A DNA stretch of 64,000 nt from Mobula hypostoma. Its lineage: Eukaryota. Positions 26,879-39,400 of this stretch are shown here, one piece after another. The translations under genes and the position numbers were made by a program. A model generated the notes under the pieces. That model was not told the DNA's origin. It saw nothing but the letters and a program-made list of their open reading frames with translations, and searched no databases. Positions within the stretch are counted from its first letter, which is position 1; each line of letters starts with the position of its first letter. The stretch spans positions 70,682,001 to 70,746,000 of the forward strand of contig NC_086108.1 of the NCBI RefSeq assembly GCF_963921235.1, read 5' to 3'.

Positions 26879-27406
26879 CCTCTCCCCCCCTCCCCCTCTC
26901 CCCCCCTCTCCCCCCATCTCCCCATATCCTTCTCCCCCCTCTCCCCCTCTTCATTTCAACTTCCCTCTCCCCCTCCCATCTCTCACACCCTCTTCCTCAA
27001 TTCACTCAATTCTCATTCACTAAGCTGCTGTATGCAGTGATATTTATAGATGCTGTATGTAGTGATATTTGTAGAGGCAGAAATTGAGGGTCCAAGTGTC
27101 ATTAACTCAGATACTGAAGTCTGTGTGAAAATGAGCCTTACTCTAAACATCTGTAATGGAAGTCCTGTACCTACCTGCTCCTACTTCCAACACAGCCAGC
27201 TCTGAAAATAAAAGTCCACTATAAAATCCTGGAAAATATGGACCATTATCCATACCTTGGGAGTCATCTGTCCTTAAATTGCCCTCGATTACTCACAGCA
27301 AGCACCTCAAACCATTGGTGCAATATATTAATGCTGAGTCAGTGACTTCCTCCAAGTCCACTGGTAGAATAATTAATTTATTATCAGTGACTTCTCCTCG
27401 GCCAAC

Positions 27407-27875
27407 ATCAGAATCAGGTTTAATATCACCAGAATATGTCGAGAAATGTTTTAACTTAGTGGCAGCAGTACAATGTAATACATGGTAATATAGAAAAAAG
27501 TAAGTCAATTACAGTAAGTGTGTGTGTATGTATATGGTTATATAGTTAACTATATAGTGTGTATATAGTTAAATTGAAAATAGTGCAAAAATAGAAATAA
27601 TAAAAAAGTGAGGTGGTGTTCACGGGTTTAATGTCCATTTAGAAATTGGATGGCAAAGGGGAAGAAGCTGTTCCTGAATCGCAGAGTGTGTTCCTTCAGG
27701 CTTCTGTACCCCCTACCTGATGGTAACAGTGAGAAAAGGGCATGTCCTAGGTGCTGAGGGTCCTTAATAATGGACGCTGCCTTTCTGAGGCACATCTCCT
27801 TGAAGGTTTCTTGGATACTACGAGGCCAGTACTCAAGATGGAGCTGATTCATTTTTATGACTTTCTGTCGCTTCT
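27407..27875 (-). mobile_element. Rex/Babar LINE 3' fragment
   Basis: Peptide CLRKAASIIKDPQHLGHALFSLLPSGRGYRSL...FRNSFFP; tail tcagaatcagg. Confidence 0.8.
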
Positions 27876-27877
27876 TG

Positions 27878-29394
27878 GCCACTGTTACACTGCAGAAGGG
27901 ATTGCTCTCCTTCGCTCAGCTTTAGGAAAACCAGATCACTCTTCAATCCTGCTTTTGCCGACGTACAGGCAGAAGCTGAAACAAGAGGTGGACATAGTTA
28001 AAACCGTCCACTGTTGGTCCGACCGTTCAGCCTCCATGCTACAGGACTGCTTTGATGACATTGACTGGAATGTCTTCCACGATGAACTCTCTGAGTTCAC
28101 GGATGGAATAACATGCTTCATCTGGAAGTGCAGCGATGATGTTGTCCCCCAGATGTCGGTCAGGGTCTTCCCGAACCAGAAACCCTGGATTAATAGTTCC
28201 GTGCGAGCAGCACTTACTGTGCGACATAGAGCTTACGCTGTGGCAATCAGCTGGAGCTCCAAAAAAAAAGCAGCTACGATCTGCACAAAGCTATCAGTGT
28301 CATGGCCTGGTCTGTAAAGACCACATTACGGTTCCAGGCTCGACAGGAAGCTCAGAGACCTTGGCCTTGACCCCGCCTTGTGCAGATGAATTCTGGACTT
28401 CCTGTCAGATCACTGGCAGGTGGTAAGTGTGGGCTCCCTCACCTTCACCCCTCTGACTCTCAACACAGGAGCCCCTTAGGACTGTGTACTAAGTCCCCTC
28501 CTTTACTCCCTGTATACCCATGACTGTGTTGCCACCCACAGCTCTAATCTGCTAATTAAATTTACCAACAACACTATATTGATTGGCCTAATCTCAAACA
28601 ATAATGAGGTGGCCTACAGGAAAGAAATCACCCCTGACACAGTGGTGTCAAGAAAACAACCGGTCCCTCAATGTTGCAAAAACAAAGGAGCTGGTTGTGG
28701 ATTACAGGAGGAATGGAGACAGGCTAACCCCTATTGACATCAATGGATCTGGGGTTGGGAGGGTGAACAGCTTTAAGTTCATTAGCATCCACATCACTGA
28801 GGATCTAACGTGGTCTGTACACACCTGCTGTATGGTGAAAAAGGCACAACAGCGCCTCTTTCACCTTAGATGGATGAAGAAGTTTGGTATGGGCCCCTAA
28901 ATCCTAAGAACTTTCTACAAGGACACAATTGAGAGCATCCTGATTGGCTGTATCACTGCCTGGTGTGGGAACTGTACCTCCCTTAATCACAGGATTCTGC
29001 AGAGAGTGGTGCAGACAGCCCAGCGTGTCTGTAGTTGTGAACTTCCCATGATCCAGGACATTTACAGAGACAGGTGTGAAAAAAGGGCCCAAAGGATCTT
29101 TGGGGACCTGAGTCACCCCAACCACAATCTATTTCAGCTTCTACCATCCGGGAAGCAGTACCGCAGCATAAAAGCCAGGACCAGCGGGCTCCAGGACAGC
29201 TTCTTCCACCACCCCATCAGGCTGATTAACTCACACTGATTTGAGTGTATTTCTATGTTACATTGACTGTTCTATTTAATATAAATGATTATGATCGCAC
29301 ATTGTACATTTAGACGGAGACGCAATGTAAAGATTTTTACTTCTCATGTACAGGTATGTGAAGGATGTAAGAAAAAAAGGCAATTCAATTCAAT
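27878..29394 (+). mobile_element. Rex/Babar LINE, internally deleted, (CAATT)n-tail family
   Basis: APE C-terminus (GKPDHSSILLLPTYRQKLK) joined to the RT/C-terminal region; same 3'UTR as 1265-1998. Confidence 0.85.
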
Positions 29395-30244
29395 GTTTTG
29401 ATCCTGTGCAATGATTTCCACCCCGCCCCCTCTATTTCAGACATTGGTGCAGCCTATCAGAATGCTCTCCATGGTACATCTGGTAGAAGTTCTCTAGTAT
29501 ATTAGGTGATAAACCAAATCTTCTCAAACTCCTAATGAAATATGGCTGCTGACTTGCCTTCTTTACAGCTGCATTGATATGTTGGGACCAGGTTAGATCC
29601 TCAGAGACCTTGACCCCAGGAAACTGCTCACTCTCTCCACTTCTGATCCCTTTATGAGGTATTCCTAGGCACTGAAGCTCAGATTGCTCACAACTGCCTT
29701 CCTTGGTGGGCCCTGTAATTTTCATACCTGGGCCAAATCAAAATCTCTATTCTCGTGTTAAGAAATTACTAGGAGAACAGAGGAAGGGATTAAAGGATGT
29801 TTGCAAAGCCCCCTTCAAAGAATTCCTGATCCACAACCACTCAGAATTGAGAAGGATTGTCCATGACAGCACTGTATTGAGAATATTGAGTCTCTTCATT
29901 GAAGACCTCTGAACACAGTGGAAGAAGCACATTATCCCATCAATTGCCTTCTGCTCCAACTACAGATTCAGCAATAGCCTTACCTGCCATTTCAGAACCT
30001 CATCCTCATAAGAAAATGTCATACAGCCAAATGTGTGGGGAAAATTTCTAATGTTGAGAGCCACAATGGGATGTGTCTGTAAAACCAGCATATCATGTTA
30101 AGAGAAATGAAAACATAAAATGGATTTGTTATTGCGATCCAGAAAGCTTAATGATTACAATCAATTAAAAATGCAGTAAGTATATACCATGGTTAAGTAA
30201 TCTATGAAATCATAGTAACCATAGATAATCTCTGGTAGATTCTC

Positions 30245-30680
30245 TGATAGAGTCATAGAGCACTATGGTACAGAAATAGGTCCTTTGGCCCATCTAGTCC
30301 ATGCCAAGTTATTATTCTGCCTAGTCTCATTGACTTGCACATGGACTATAGCCCTCCACACCTTTCCCTTCCATGCAGTTATTCAAAATACCCATAAATG
30401 TTGAAATTGAACCTTTATTCACCACTTCCGCTGGCAGCTCGCTTCACAATCTCACCACCCTCTGAGTGAAGCTCCCCCTCATGGTCCCCTTAAACATTTC
30501 ACCTTTCACCCTTAACCTCTAGTTCTAGTCCCACCCAACCTCCATGAAAAAAGCCTGCTTGAATTTACCCTATCTATATCCTTCATAATTTTGTGTTTCT
30601 CTATCAAATCTCCTCTCATTCTCCAGCACTCCAGGGAAGAAAATCCTAACCTATTCAGCCTTTCCATACAACTCATATTA
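30245..30680 (-). mobile_element. CR1 3' fragment
   Basis: Tail atagagtcatagagc and ggtcctttggccc motif, followed by ORF2 C-terminal sequence similar to 50700-51050. Confidence 0.75.
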
Positions 30681-31052
30681 TCTGATTTTATTCATGTGAG
30701 CTACTGTCACTGATGAGACTGGGAAAGCAGGATGTGAATTGTTAGAGATAATTGTAATTAACCCCTCTACTTCAATGTCACCATAATGTTTAAACTTCCT
30801 CATGGCTTCAGAAGGACAGGGAAGAAGGAATTTCACAAAGGCAGGGAGATCAAAGTGGAGGAATCTTTGCTATTTATTTATCAAATGAATGCTACACTGA
30901 AAAAACATCCATGCTCAAAGGAAAAACAAAACAAAGAAAAATTATTAAGACTGTAGCTTTTTTGGTGAATAGGTGTATTTGTAACAGTGCAAATCTTATG
31001 AGAGCAATTAAATTCTAAAAATGGAAACCCTTCTCATCTTTATTTCTCCCAG

Positions 31053-33412
31053 TTCTTTCCTGTCCCTGAAATTCTTCATCTTCAGAGTCTCCTTGTCCCT
31101 ATCTTCCTCACACCCTCCTTCAGGATCACAGACTTCAATCCCTACACATCCATTCCACTCTCTTGCAACGAGATACTTGCCACCCTTGCACACCATCCCC
31201 ATACCTCCCTTATTCCAAGTTCCTTCCCCATTTCCTTCCTATGGTCCACCTGACCTCAACAGTAACTCTCCCTTGCTCACCACTTCCACAATCTTTTCCA
31301 CCCCTCCATGCACTTTCTGAGTAGTCTTCCCTCAGCAAGGGCTTGGGCTCTGTTGATGGCATCGGTCTCAGGTAGATCAGCACACTATAGTATTCCTGCC
31401 TACATCACAGAGCCTGGCTCCAGTTGTGCTCCCCGCCCTCTCTCTCTCAGAGTCCTTTTTACTTACAATCCAAAATTCATACCGATGTCATTTTCACAGA
31501 CCAATAATAAAATCCATTGAGAAGTGGAACCAGGGGCAGTGAGGCACATGCAGCAGGTAGAACAGACCAGCAGGGCACTGATGTGATGTTTTGCTTTGGC
31601 CACAAGTGGGACAGACAGAGACAAGGTTGTGGACATCTTGAGACATAGATGGCTACCAAAATCTCTTGTTCCACGCTGTCCAACTGCAGGAGTGCAGAAC
31701 GTAAATGCATAGTTCCTCAGTGTCCACAGGGCCAGGAGTCAGCGGGCAGCCTCCTGACCCTGTACTGCAAGATCCAACAGTCTCTTGTGTTGACTACAAA
31801 TTGCTGGAAAGAATGGGCTGCCAAGGAACCTTGTTCTCATAGAGCTTTGAACAGGCTCGGTGATGGCCCATCTAGAGATTAACCACATATGCCAGTTTAA
31901 GTGAACTGATCTGGCTGGACATGGAAAGTCAACTCACACTGGGTAATAAGTTTGGGGTCAGCAGAATATCTGACTGGAGAAGGAATGCTCAGTTCAGGTC
32001 TGGAAGCTGCCAAGGGTGCCGGGACGTTAGTGGCTGAGGTTGATGAGACTGCTATAGAGAAGGATGTGGGTGATGCTGATGCTGGGAGTGGGATTGTCCT
32101 GGCAGGAAGCTGCTGATTAGAGGCAGCGAGGCCAGGAATGGCTGCCGCCTGATTCTGCTTGTCTGTGGAGAGCTGCTGAACCATCACCATTTCTTCCTGC
32201 TCTGAAAGCAATTGTCACACCAAGAGACATTTCCACCAATCCAGACTCCACTGACTTTAAGTTTCCTCCTGCCTGACCAACGAATTTCAGGGTCACGGTC
32301 AGCTCTTCTCTGTCTGCTGGGTGCATTTTGATGGCCGAGTCTTGCTGACGTGATGTTTGGTGATGGCCCCGGTGCAGAGGGAGAGACACCAAGTGGAATG
32401 AGCAGTTCACTGAATTTTAATTAGAACTATCCAGAACAAAATTAAAATAATAATCACTAGGCCAACAGGGTCATAAATTAAAACACTTGAACAAAAAATC
32501 AAAGCTGACACTATGGTTCGGAAGCAGTAACTTAATACTAAATTAATACCGCTCCTTTACAGGATCAATCTGAATGTTAGTCTTCCTCCCCAGAACGTGG
32601 GCTAAGGTCAGCAGTGAACACTGCTGTTGTCGTGCTTCAGTCAAGATACAAGACTGAAACGAAAGGAGGGGAGTTAAATACAGCCATAAGGAAACCCTAA
32701 TGGGCTGGAATGTGCACTCTCACAAGCGTGAATGCCAACTGCTTTCAGCTGCCCGCCTGCAAGGGTGGCCAGACTCCGTGGCAGAGTCCACGGATGCGAC
32801 ACGGCCTTTCTTTTAAATTGTACCATGGCCATCCTGTTTGTCCGATGAAGGAATGTTTGGAGTTCAACAAGCACGCTTGGTAGAGAAAAGTTTAAGTCTG
32901 TCAGCAGTTTAGAAGTTGAACCCCGGACACATTTCTGCCCCTATTCCACATGCTGAGATTTTTATCAGTGAGTCAACAGCAGATCGAGTCTCAGGGAATG
33001 GGAAGAGGAGCATATCCGGAAACAGGCTTCACTGTGCAGGCTGGAATACTGCGCGAGGCTGATGCCACCAGCGTTCCCCATCCCGCTGCTAAAGATCAAC
33101 ACTCAGAAATGGCATGGAGGGGTGGAAGAGGCTGATGGGTGGCGGGGGAGGGCGTGTGGAGATCTGTCAGTACATCTGGAGAGTTAGGATTGATGTCAGG
33201 TGGTGGGGAGGGAAGGTGCAATGGATGGAGAACAGAGGGCCAGAGGAGAAAAATGGGGGAAGGTACTTGGTGTTGGGAAGAAGTGGCAAGTATCAGGCTG
33301 TAAGAGCAGGAAAGGATGTGTAGGGATTGAAAGGGTGGAACCCGGAAGAGGGTGGGAGGAACGTAGGGGCAAGAGAATTCCAAGGATGAAGAGTTTCATG
33401 CACAGGAAAGAA
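31053..33412. repeat. Fold-back element: diverged inverted arms of about 400 bp (31053-31455 and 32985-33412)
   Basis: Collinear reverse-complement blocks, e.g. ttctttcctgt, ttcaatccctacacatcc, gatacttgccac, ttccacccctccatgc. Confidence 0.8.
31496..32801 (-). mobile_element. Internally deleted Ty3/Gypsy (sushi-like) element: LTR-gag-integrase fragment
   Basis: Putative LTR at 32346-32801 (TGTCG...CGTCA). Gag starts MHPAD at 32326 and carries motifs PELSIPSPVRYSADP..ITQCELTFHVQP and QGQEAAR*LLAL. It is joined to an integrase Zn-finger fragment KRFW*PSMSQDVHNLVSVCPTCGQSK...PWFHFSMDFIIGL (31496-31667). Confidence 0.8.
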
Positions 33413-33619
33413 TATTCTTAATGGTGATTTAGCTGTCATCCTGTTAAGAAATAAGTAATGTATTCTTTGTTAAATGCTTGCTTGCTAAGGAACCAGAAAG
33501 AAAGATGGCCACCAGAAGAGATATCAGGAAGTGTTAAATCTAGGTATTGCACAAAATACATAAGTCCTATCGGAGTAGAATTTGTTGTATTTAATGTCAT
33601 ACCTTTGGTAATCTCATGT

Positions 33620-33750
33620 AACTTGAAGAAGGTTCTCAGCCCAAAACGTTGACTGTTCATTTCTATAGATGCTGCCTGACGTGCTGAGTTTCTCCAGCAC
33701 TTTGTGTGTGTTGCTTTGGATTTCCGGCATCTGCAGAATTTCTTGTGTTT
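33620..33750 (+). mobile_element. PLE terminal-repeat fragment with degenerate hammerhead motif
   Basis: ttgaagaaggttctcagcccaaaacgttgactg...gcatctgcagaatttcttgtgttt. Confidence 0.65.
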
Positions 33751-34269
33751 ATGCAGCGTTTGTCACTATTTTTAAATTTTGTATCATGGGGTCAGGTTGG
33801 GTTTTAACAGTTTTACTGTGTTTTGCATTATGTTACTCTGTGTCTTAATTACCGAAGTATAAAGTTTTAAATCCACGTAAACAGTTTTGAGTAAGAATGA
33901 ATAAGATGTTTGATATAAATCCCTTTACTTTTATGTCATGAAATTCTATTGTGTTACTCCAAAGAACTTAATAAAACAATGAAGAGCTGTCTCCATGTGA
34001 AAAGTAGAATACCTTACTGATAAGAAAGCTTTAGGATATGGACAATAGGCGAGAGTATTGCTCTCACGGGCCTGTAGGGCTGAAGGGCCGATTTCAGTGT
34101 TGTGTGATTGCGTGTGTAGAATTATGTATAAAGAAGAGCTCAGAAAAACTGCATGGCAGAGTATAGAGACATTCAGTTATCTTAATAAACCTTAAACTAT
34201 TCAGTGCTTTATCTTCAGTGAAGTGGGAAAAGATTATCCTTACAACACAGCGACCAAAATCATGTGCAT

Positions 34270-35645
34270 TTGAATTGAATTGATTTTATTACTTATATCT
34301 TTCATATACATGAGGAGTAAAAATCTTTACATTACATCTGTCTAAATGTGCAATGTGCAATTTATAGTAATTTATAATAAAGAGTATGTACAGCAGGACA
34401 GTCGGTATAACATTGAAATATAATTGTATCAGCATGAATTAACCAGTCTGATGGCTTGGTGGAAGAAGCTGTCTCAGAACTTGCTGGTCCTGGCTTTTAA
34501 ATTGTGGTACCATTTCCCAGATGGTAGCAGCTGGAACAGTTTGTGATTGGGGTGACTCGGGTCCCCAATGATCCTTCGGGCCCTATTTACACACCTGTCT
34601 TTGTAAATGTCCTGAATAGTGGGAAGTTCACATCTACAGAGGTGCTGGCTGTCCACACCACTCTCTGCAGAGTCCTGCGATTGAGGGAAGTACAGTTCCC
34701 ATACCTCGCAGTGATTCAGCTAGTAAGGATGCTCTCAATTGTGCCCTTGTAGAAAGTTCTTAAGATTTGCGGGGCCCATACCAAACTTCTTCAACTGTCT
34801 GATGTGAAAGAGGCACTGTTGTGCCTTTTTCACAACACAGCCGTTATGTACAGACCACGTGAAATTTTCGGTGATGTTTATGCCGAGGAATTTAAAGCTG
34901 CTCACCCTTGCAACCCCAGATCCATTGATGTCAATAGGGGCTAGCCTTTCTCCATTCCTCCTGTAATCCACAACCTGCTCCTTTGTTTTTGCAACACTGA
35001 GGGAGAGGTTGTTTTCTTGACACCACTGTGTCAGGTTGATGACTTCTTTGCTGTAGGCTACCTCATTATTATTTGAGATTAGGCCAATCAGTGTAGTATT
35101 GTCGTCAAATTGAATTAGCAGATTAGAGCTGTGAGTGGCGATTCAGTCATGGGTATACAGAGTAAAGGAAGGGGTTTAGGACCCTTGATGCACTTCCGGA
35201 TGAAGCTCATGACCCGTTCTGTGAACTCGGAGATATCCTCATCGTGGAAGACATTCCAGTTGACGTCATCAAAACAGTCCTATAGCATGGAGACGGATTG
35301 GTCAGACCAACAGTGGACGGTTTAATTATGGCTGCCTCTTGTTTCAGCTTCTGTCTGTACCTTGGCAGCAGTAAGATGGAGGAGTGCTTTGTCAGCATTG
35401 CGGAAGGGAGAGTAGCAGCGGTCGAGCATGCTCTCTCCCTTTGTGCTCACCTGATATGTTGTCAAAACTTCAGAGAGACCATAGTCACCGACGACGACGA
35501 AGGCAGCCTCTGGGTGTGCAGTATCCAGTGTGTAAATGGTCTCGTACAGTTCCTTGAGAGCGAGGTCAATGTCAGCATGCGGCAGAATATACACTGCTGT
35601 GATAATAACAGCCGTGAATTTGTAGTTGATTGTTAATTCTTGCAC
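34270..35645 (-). mobile_element. Rex/Babar LINE, internally deleted, (CAATT)n-tail family
   Basis: APE (FTAVIITAVYILPHAD) joined to the RT C-terminus (DYRRNGERLAPIDING); tail tgaattgaattga on the + strand. Confidence 0.85.
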
Positions 35646-36481
35646 ATTGTTGAGAAGTATTTGATATCCTTCCAGATATCATGGCCCTCTTCCTGTTCTT
35701 TCTCAATTTCTTGACTGACAGGTTAACTGTTTTTACTACTCTATTTTACACTGCATGACAAAAGTAATAATACTGCTGTCAATGCAAATCCGCAAACAAT
35801 TTACAGTGAGATTTCTTTCCTGGTGATTTTGACAATAATATTCAAGGCATTGCACATTACTAATTATTGTAATTTTCAGATAGAAATGCTGGTATAAAAC
35901 TGTAGGTGGTAATAAACAATCTATATTTAATCAATTCCTTCACCTAGATGGCAGCCAGTTATGAATACCTTAAGATAAAATGACATAATATTGGAGTTCA
36001 GTTTACTTTGAATTTCAACTCAATGCAAATAACAAAGCTTCTAAATCTCAGAAATAGTGAAGACCTTAGACCGTATATGGCTAAGTGGCAGTGCTATGCT
36101 TGTTATACATACAAGCATGTTACAAGACAAGTACTAAGATGCCTAGGAATAAACTTGTCTTGACTTGAAACAGTCCCAGTGATCCAGAAATCCAAAGCCC
36201 TTTTTCTTCCACCGTATCTTCGGCAATGTATTCACTGATCTATCTTTTAGTTCCTATATTCACCAGAATGTTCCAGGAATTACAGCCTTGGATATTCTGT
36301 TCTTTAATCTTCCACACTGTCTCCCTAAATATTGCAGGACCTCATCCTTTCTATAGTTTTGGTAGCAATGTGAGCCACAATCTTTGACTGTTTCGAACAC
36401 CTTGTGACTGTTCTATTACATCCTTGATCCTGGTACCAGGAAAACAACAGACCATCCTAGGTTCATATCAACAGCCACATA

Positions 36482-39400
36482 ATGCCAGGCAGGATAATTG
36501 AATGCTCCTCTTGTGGGATGTGGGAAGGCAGGGAGACCTCCAGTAGCCCTGACCACTACAACTGCGAGAATTGCATCCAGCTGCAGCTTCTAACAAACCG
36601 CGTTTAGGAGCTGGAGCTGGAACTGGATGAACTCTGGATCATCTGGGAGGCTGAAGGGGTGATAGATAAGACATATAGAGGGTACTTACATCCAAGCTGC
36701 AGGACACAGGAAAATGAGTGACAGTCAGGAAGGAGAATGGAGTTAAAGAGCCAGTGAAGAGTACTCCTGTGGCCATCAACCCCTCAACTACAGGCATGTC
36801 CCCGGATACTGTTGGGGGGTGGGGAGAGGACCTAACAGAGGAAAGTTACAATGGTTGGGTCTCCAGCACGAAGTCTGCCTCTTTGACTCAGAAAGGAAGG
36901 AGGAAGAAAAGGCACACTATGGTGATAGAGGATTCACTAGTTAGAGGAATGGACAGGAGGTTGTGTGGGTGAAAATGAAATTCCCAGATGATAGGTTGCT
37001 TCCTGCATGCCAGGGTCCAGGATATCACAGATCGAGCCCTCAGCATTCTAAAGTGGGAGGGTGAACAGCCAGAAGTCGTGGTCCATGACATGGGTAAGAT
37101 GTGCAATGAGGTTCTGCACAGGGAGTTTAGGCAGTTACATGCTAACCTAAAGGGCAGGACCTCCATGGTTGTGATCTCAGGATTGCTACCTGTACCATGT
37201 GCTAGTGAGGCCAGAACTAGGAAGATTATACAGTTTAATATGTGGCTGAGGAGTTGGTGTAGGAGGGAGGACATAAGATTTTTGGATCATTGGGCTCTCT
37301 TCCAAGGAAGATGGGACCTGTACAGGAGGGACGGTTTGCACCTGAACTGGAGGGAGACTAATATCCTAGCGGGAAGGTTTGTTAATGCTTCACTGTGGGG
37401 TTTAAACTAGAGTTACAGGGGATTGGGAATCAGAGTCCAAAAACAGTTAGTGGAGAGATTGTGGAGGCAGATGTTGGTAAGAACTCAGACAAAGTTAGGA
37501 ATCAAAAGGTTGAGCATGGTGCATCAAAATTGAACTGGGTGAATACAGGACTGAAGGTGTTGTATCTGAATTTGAGCAGTGTATGGAATAAGGTAGATGA
37601 ATTTGCAGATTGCAGATAGGCAGGAATGATGTTGTAGACATCACTGAATCATTGCTGAAAGATTATAGCTGGGAACTCAATGTCCAACGATACACATTGT
37701 ATTGAAAATAGGCAGGAAGGCAGGAAGTTGCTCTGTTGTAAAAACCGAAATAAAATTATTAAAAAGAGGTGACAGGGTTGGAAGGTGTTGAATCATTGTG
37801 GATAGAGCTAAGGAACTGCAAGGGTAAAAAGACCCTGATGGGAGTTGTATACAAACAGTAGTAAGGATGTGGCCTACAAATAACAATGGAAGATAGAAAA
37901 TGCATTCCAAAAGGACAAAGTTACAATTGTCAGGGGGTTCTTCAAAATGCAGGTAGATTGGAAAATCATGTTGATGCTGGATTACAGGAAGGGGAATTTC
38001 TAGAGTGCCTAAGAGATGGCTTTTTAGAGCAGCTCATGGTTGAGCCCACTAGGGGATCAACTATTCTGGACTGGGTGTTGTGCAATGAACCAGAATTGAT
38101 TAGAGACCTTAAGGTAAACGAACCCTAAGGGGCAAGTGATCATGATATGACTGAATTCATCCTGAAATATGAGAAAGAGAAGCAAAAGTCAGATGTATCA
38201 ATATTACAGTGGCATGAGAGAGGAGGAAGCCAGAATTGATTGGGGAAAAAACCACTGGCAGGGATGACAGCAGAGTAGCCATGGCTGGAATTTCTGGAAG
38301 CAATTTGGAAGGCATGGGATATATACATCCCATTGCGGAAGAAGTATTCTAAAGGAAAGATGAGACAACAGTGGCTAACAAGAGAAGTCAAAGCCAACAT
38401 AAAAGCCAAAGAGAGGGCATATAATAGAGCAAAAATTAGTGGGAAGTTAGTGGATCAGGAAGCTTTTCATAACCACCAGAAGGCAACTAAAAAGTCATTA
38501 AGAATGTAAAGATGGAATACAAAGTAAGATAGCCAATAATATTAAAGAGGATACCAAAAATTTCTTCAGATACATAAGGTGTAAAAGAGAGGTGAGGGTG
38601 GATATCAGACTGCTGGAGAGGTAGCGACTGGGGACAATAAACTGGTGGTCCAACTGAATAAGTATCTTGCATCAGTCTTCACTGTGGAAAGCACCGGCTG
38701 TATAATGGAAATTCCAGGTGTTGGGGGCATGAAGTGTGTGAAATTACCATAACTAGCCAGAGGTTACTTGAGGAACTGAAAGGTCTGAAACTAGATAAGT
38801 CAGCTGGAGTAGATGGTGTACACCCCACGGTTCTGAAAGTAGTGGCTGAAGCAATTGTGGAAGCATTAGTAATGAGCTTCAAGATCACTTTTTTTTCTGG
38901 AATAGTTCTGGAGGACTAGAAAATTGCAATTATCACTCCACTCTTCAAGAAGGGAGAGGTGCAGAAAAAGGAAACTATAGGCCAGTTAGTCTGACCTCAG
39001 TGGTTGGGAAGATGTTGGAGTCAATTATTAAGGATGAGGTCTGAAGATACTTGGAGGCAGCTGATAAAATAGGTCATAGTCAGCAAGGTTTCCTCAAGGG
39101 AAAATCTTGCCTGACAAATCTGTTGGAAATCTTTGAAGAAATAACAAGCAGGTTAGACAAGAGAGAATCGCTTGATGTTGTGCATTTGGATTTTCAGAAG
39201 GCCTTTGACAACGTGCCACACATGAGGCTGCTTAACAAGTTACAGTAAAGATTCTAGCATGGATAAAGCAGAAGCTGATTGGCAGGAGGCAAAGAGTGGG
39301 AATGAAGGGAGCCTTTTCTGGTTGGCTGTTGGTGACTAGTGGTGTTCCACAGGAGTGTGTTTTGGGACTGATTCTTTTTACATTGTATGTCAATGATTTG

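Noticed and set aside
31897..32410. Domesticated PEG10/RTL-like gag gene
   Set aside because: Frameshifts and stops within gag, an attached LTR and a deleted pol indicate a decayed element.
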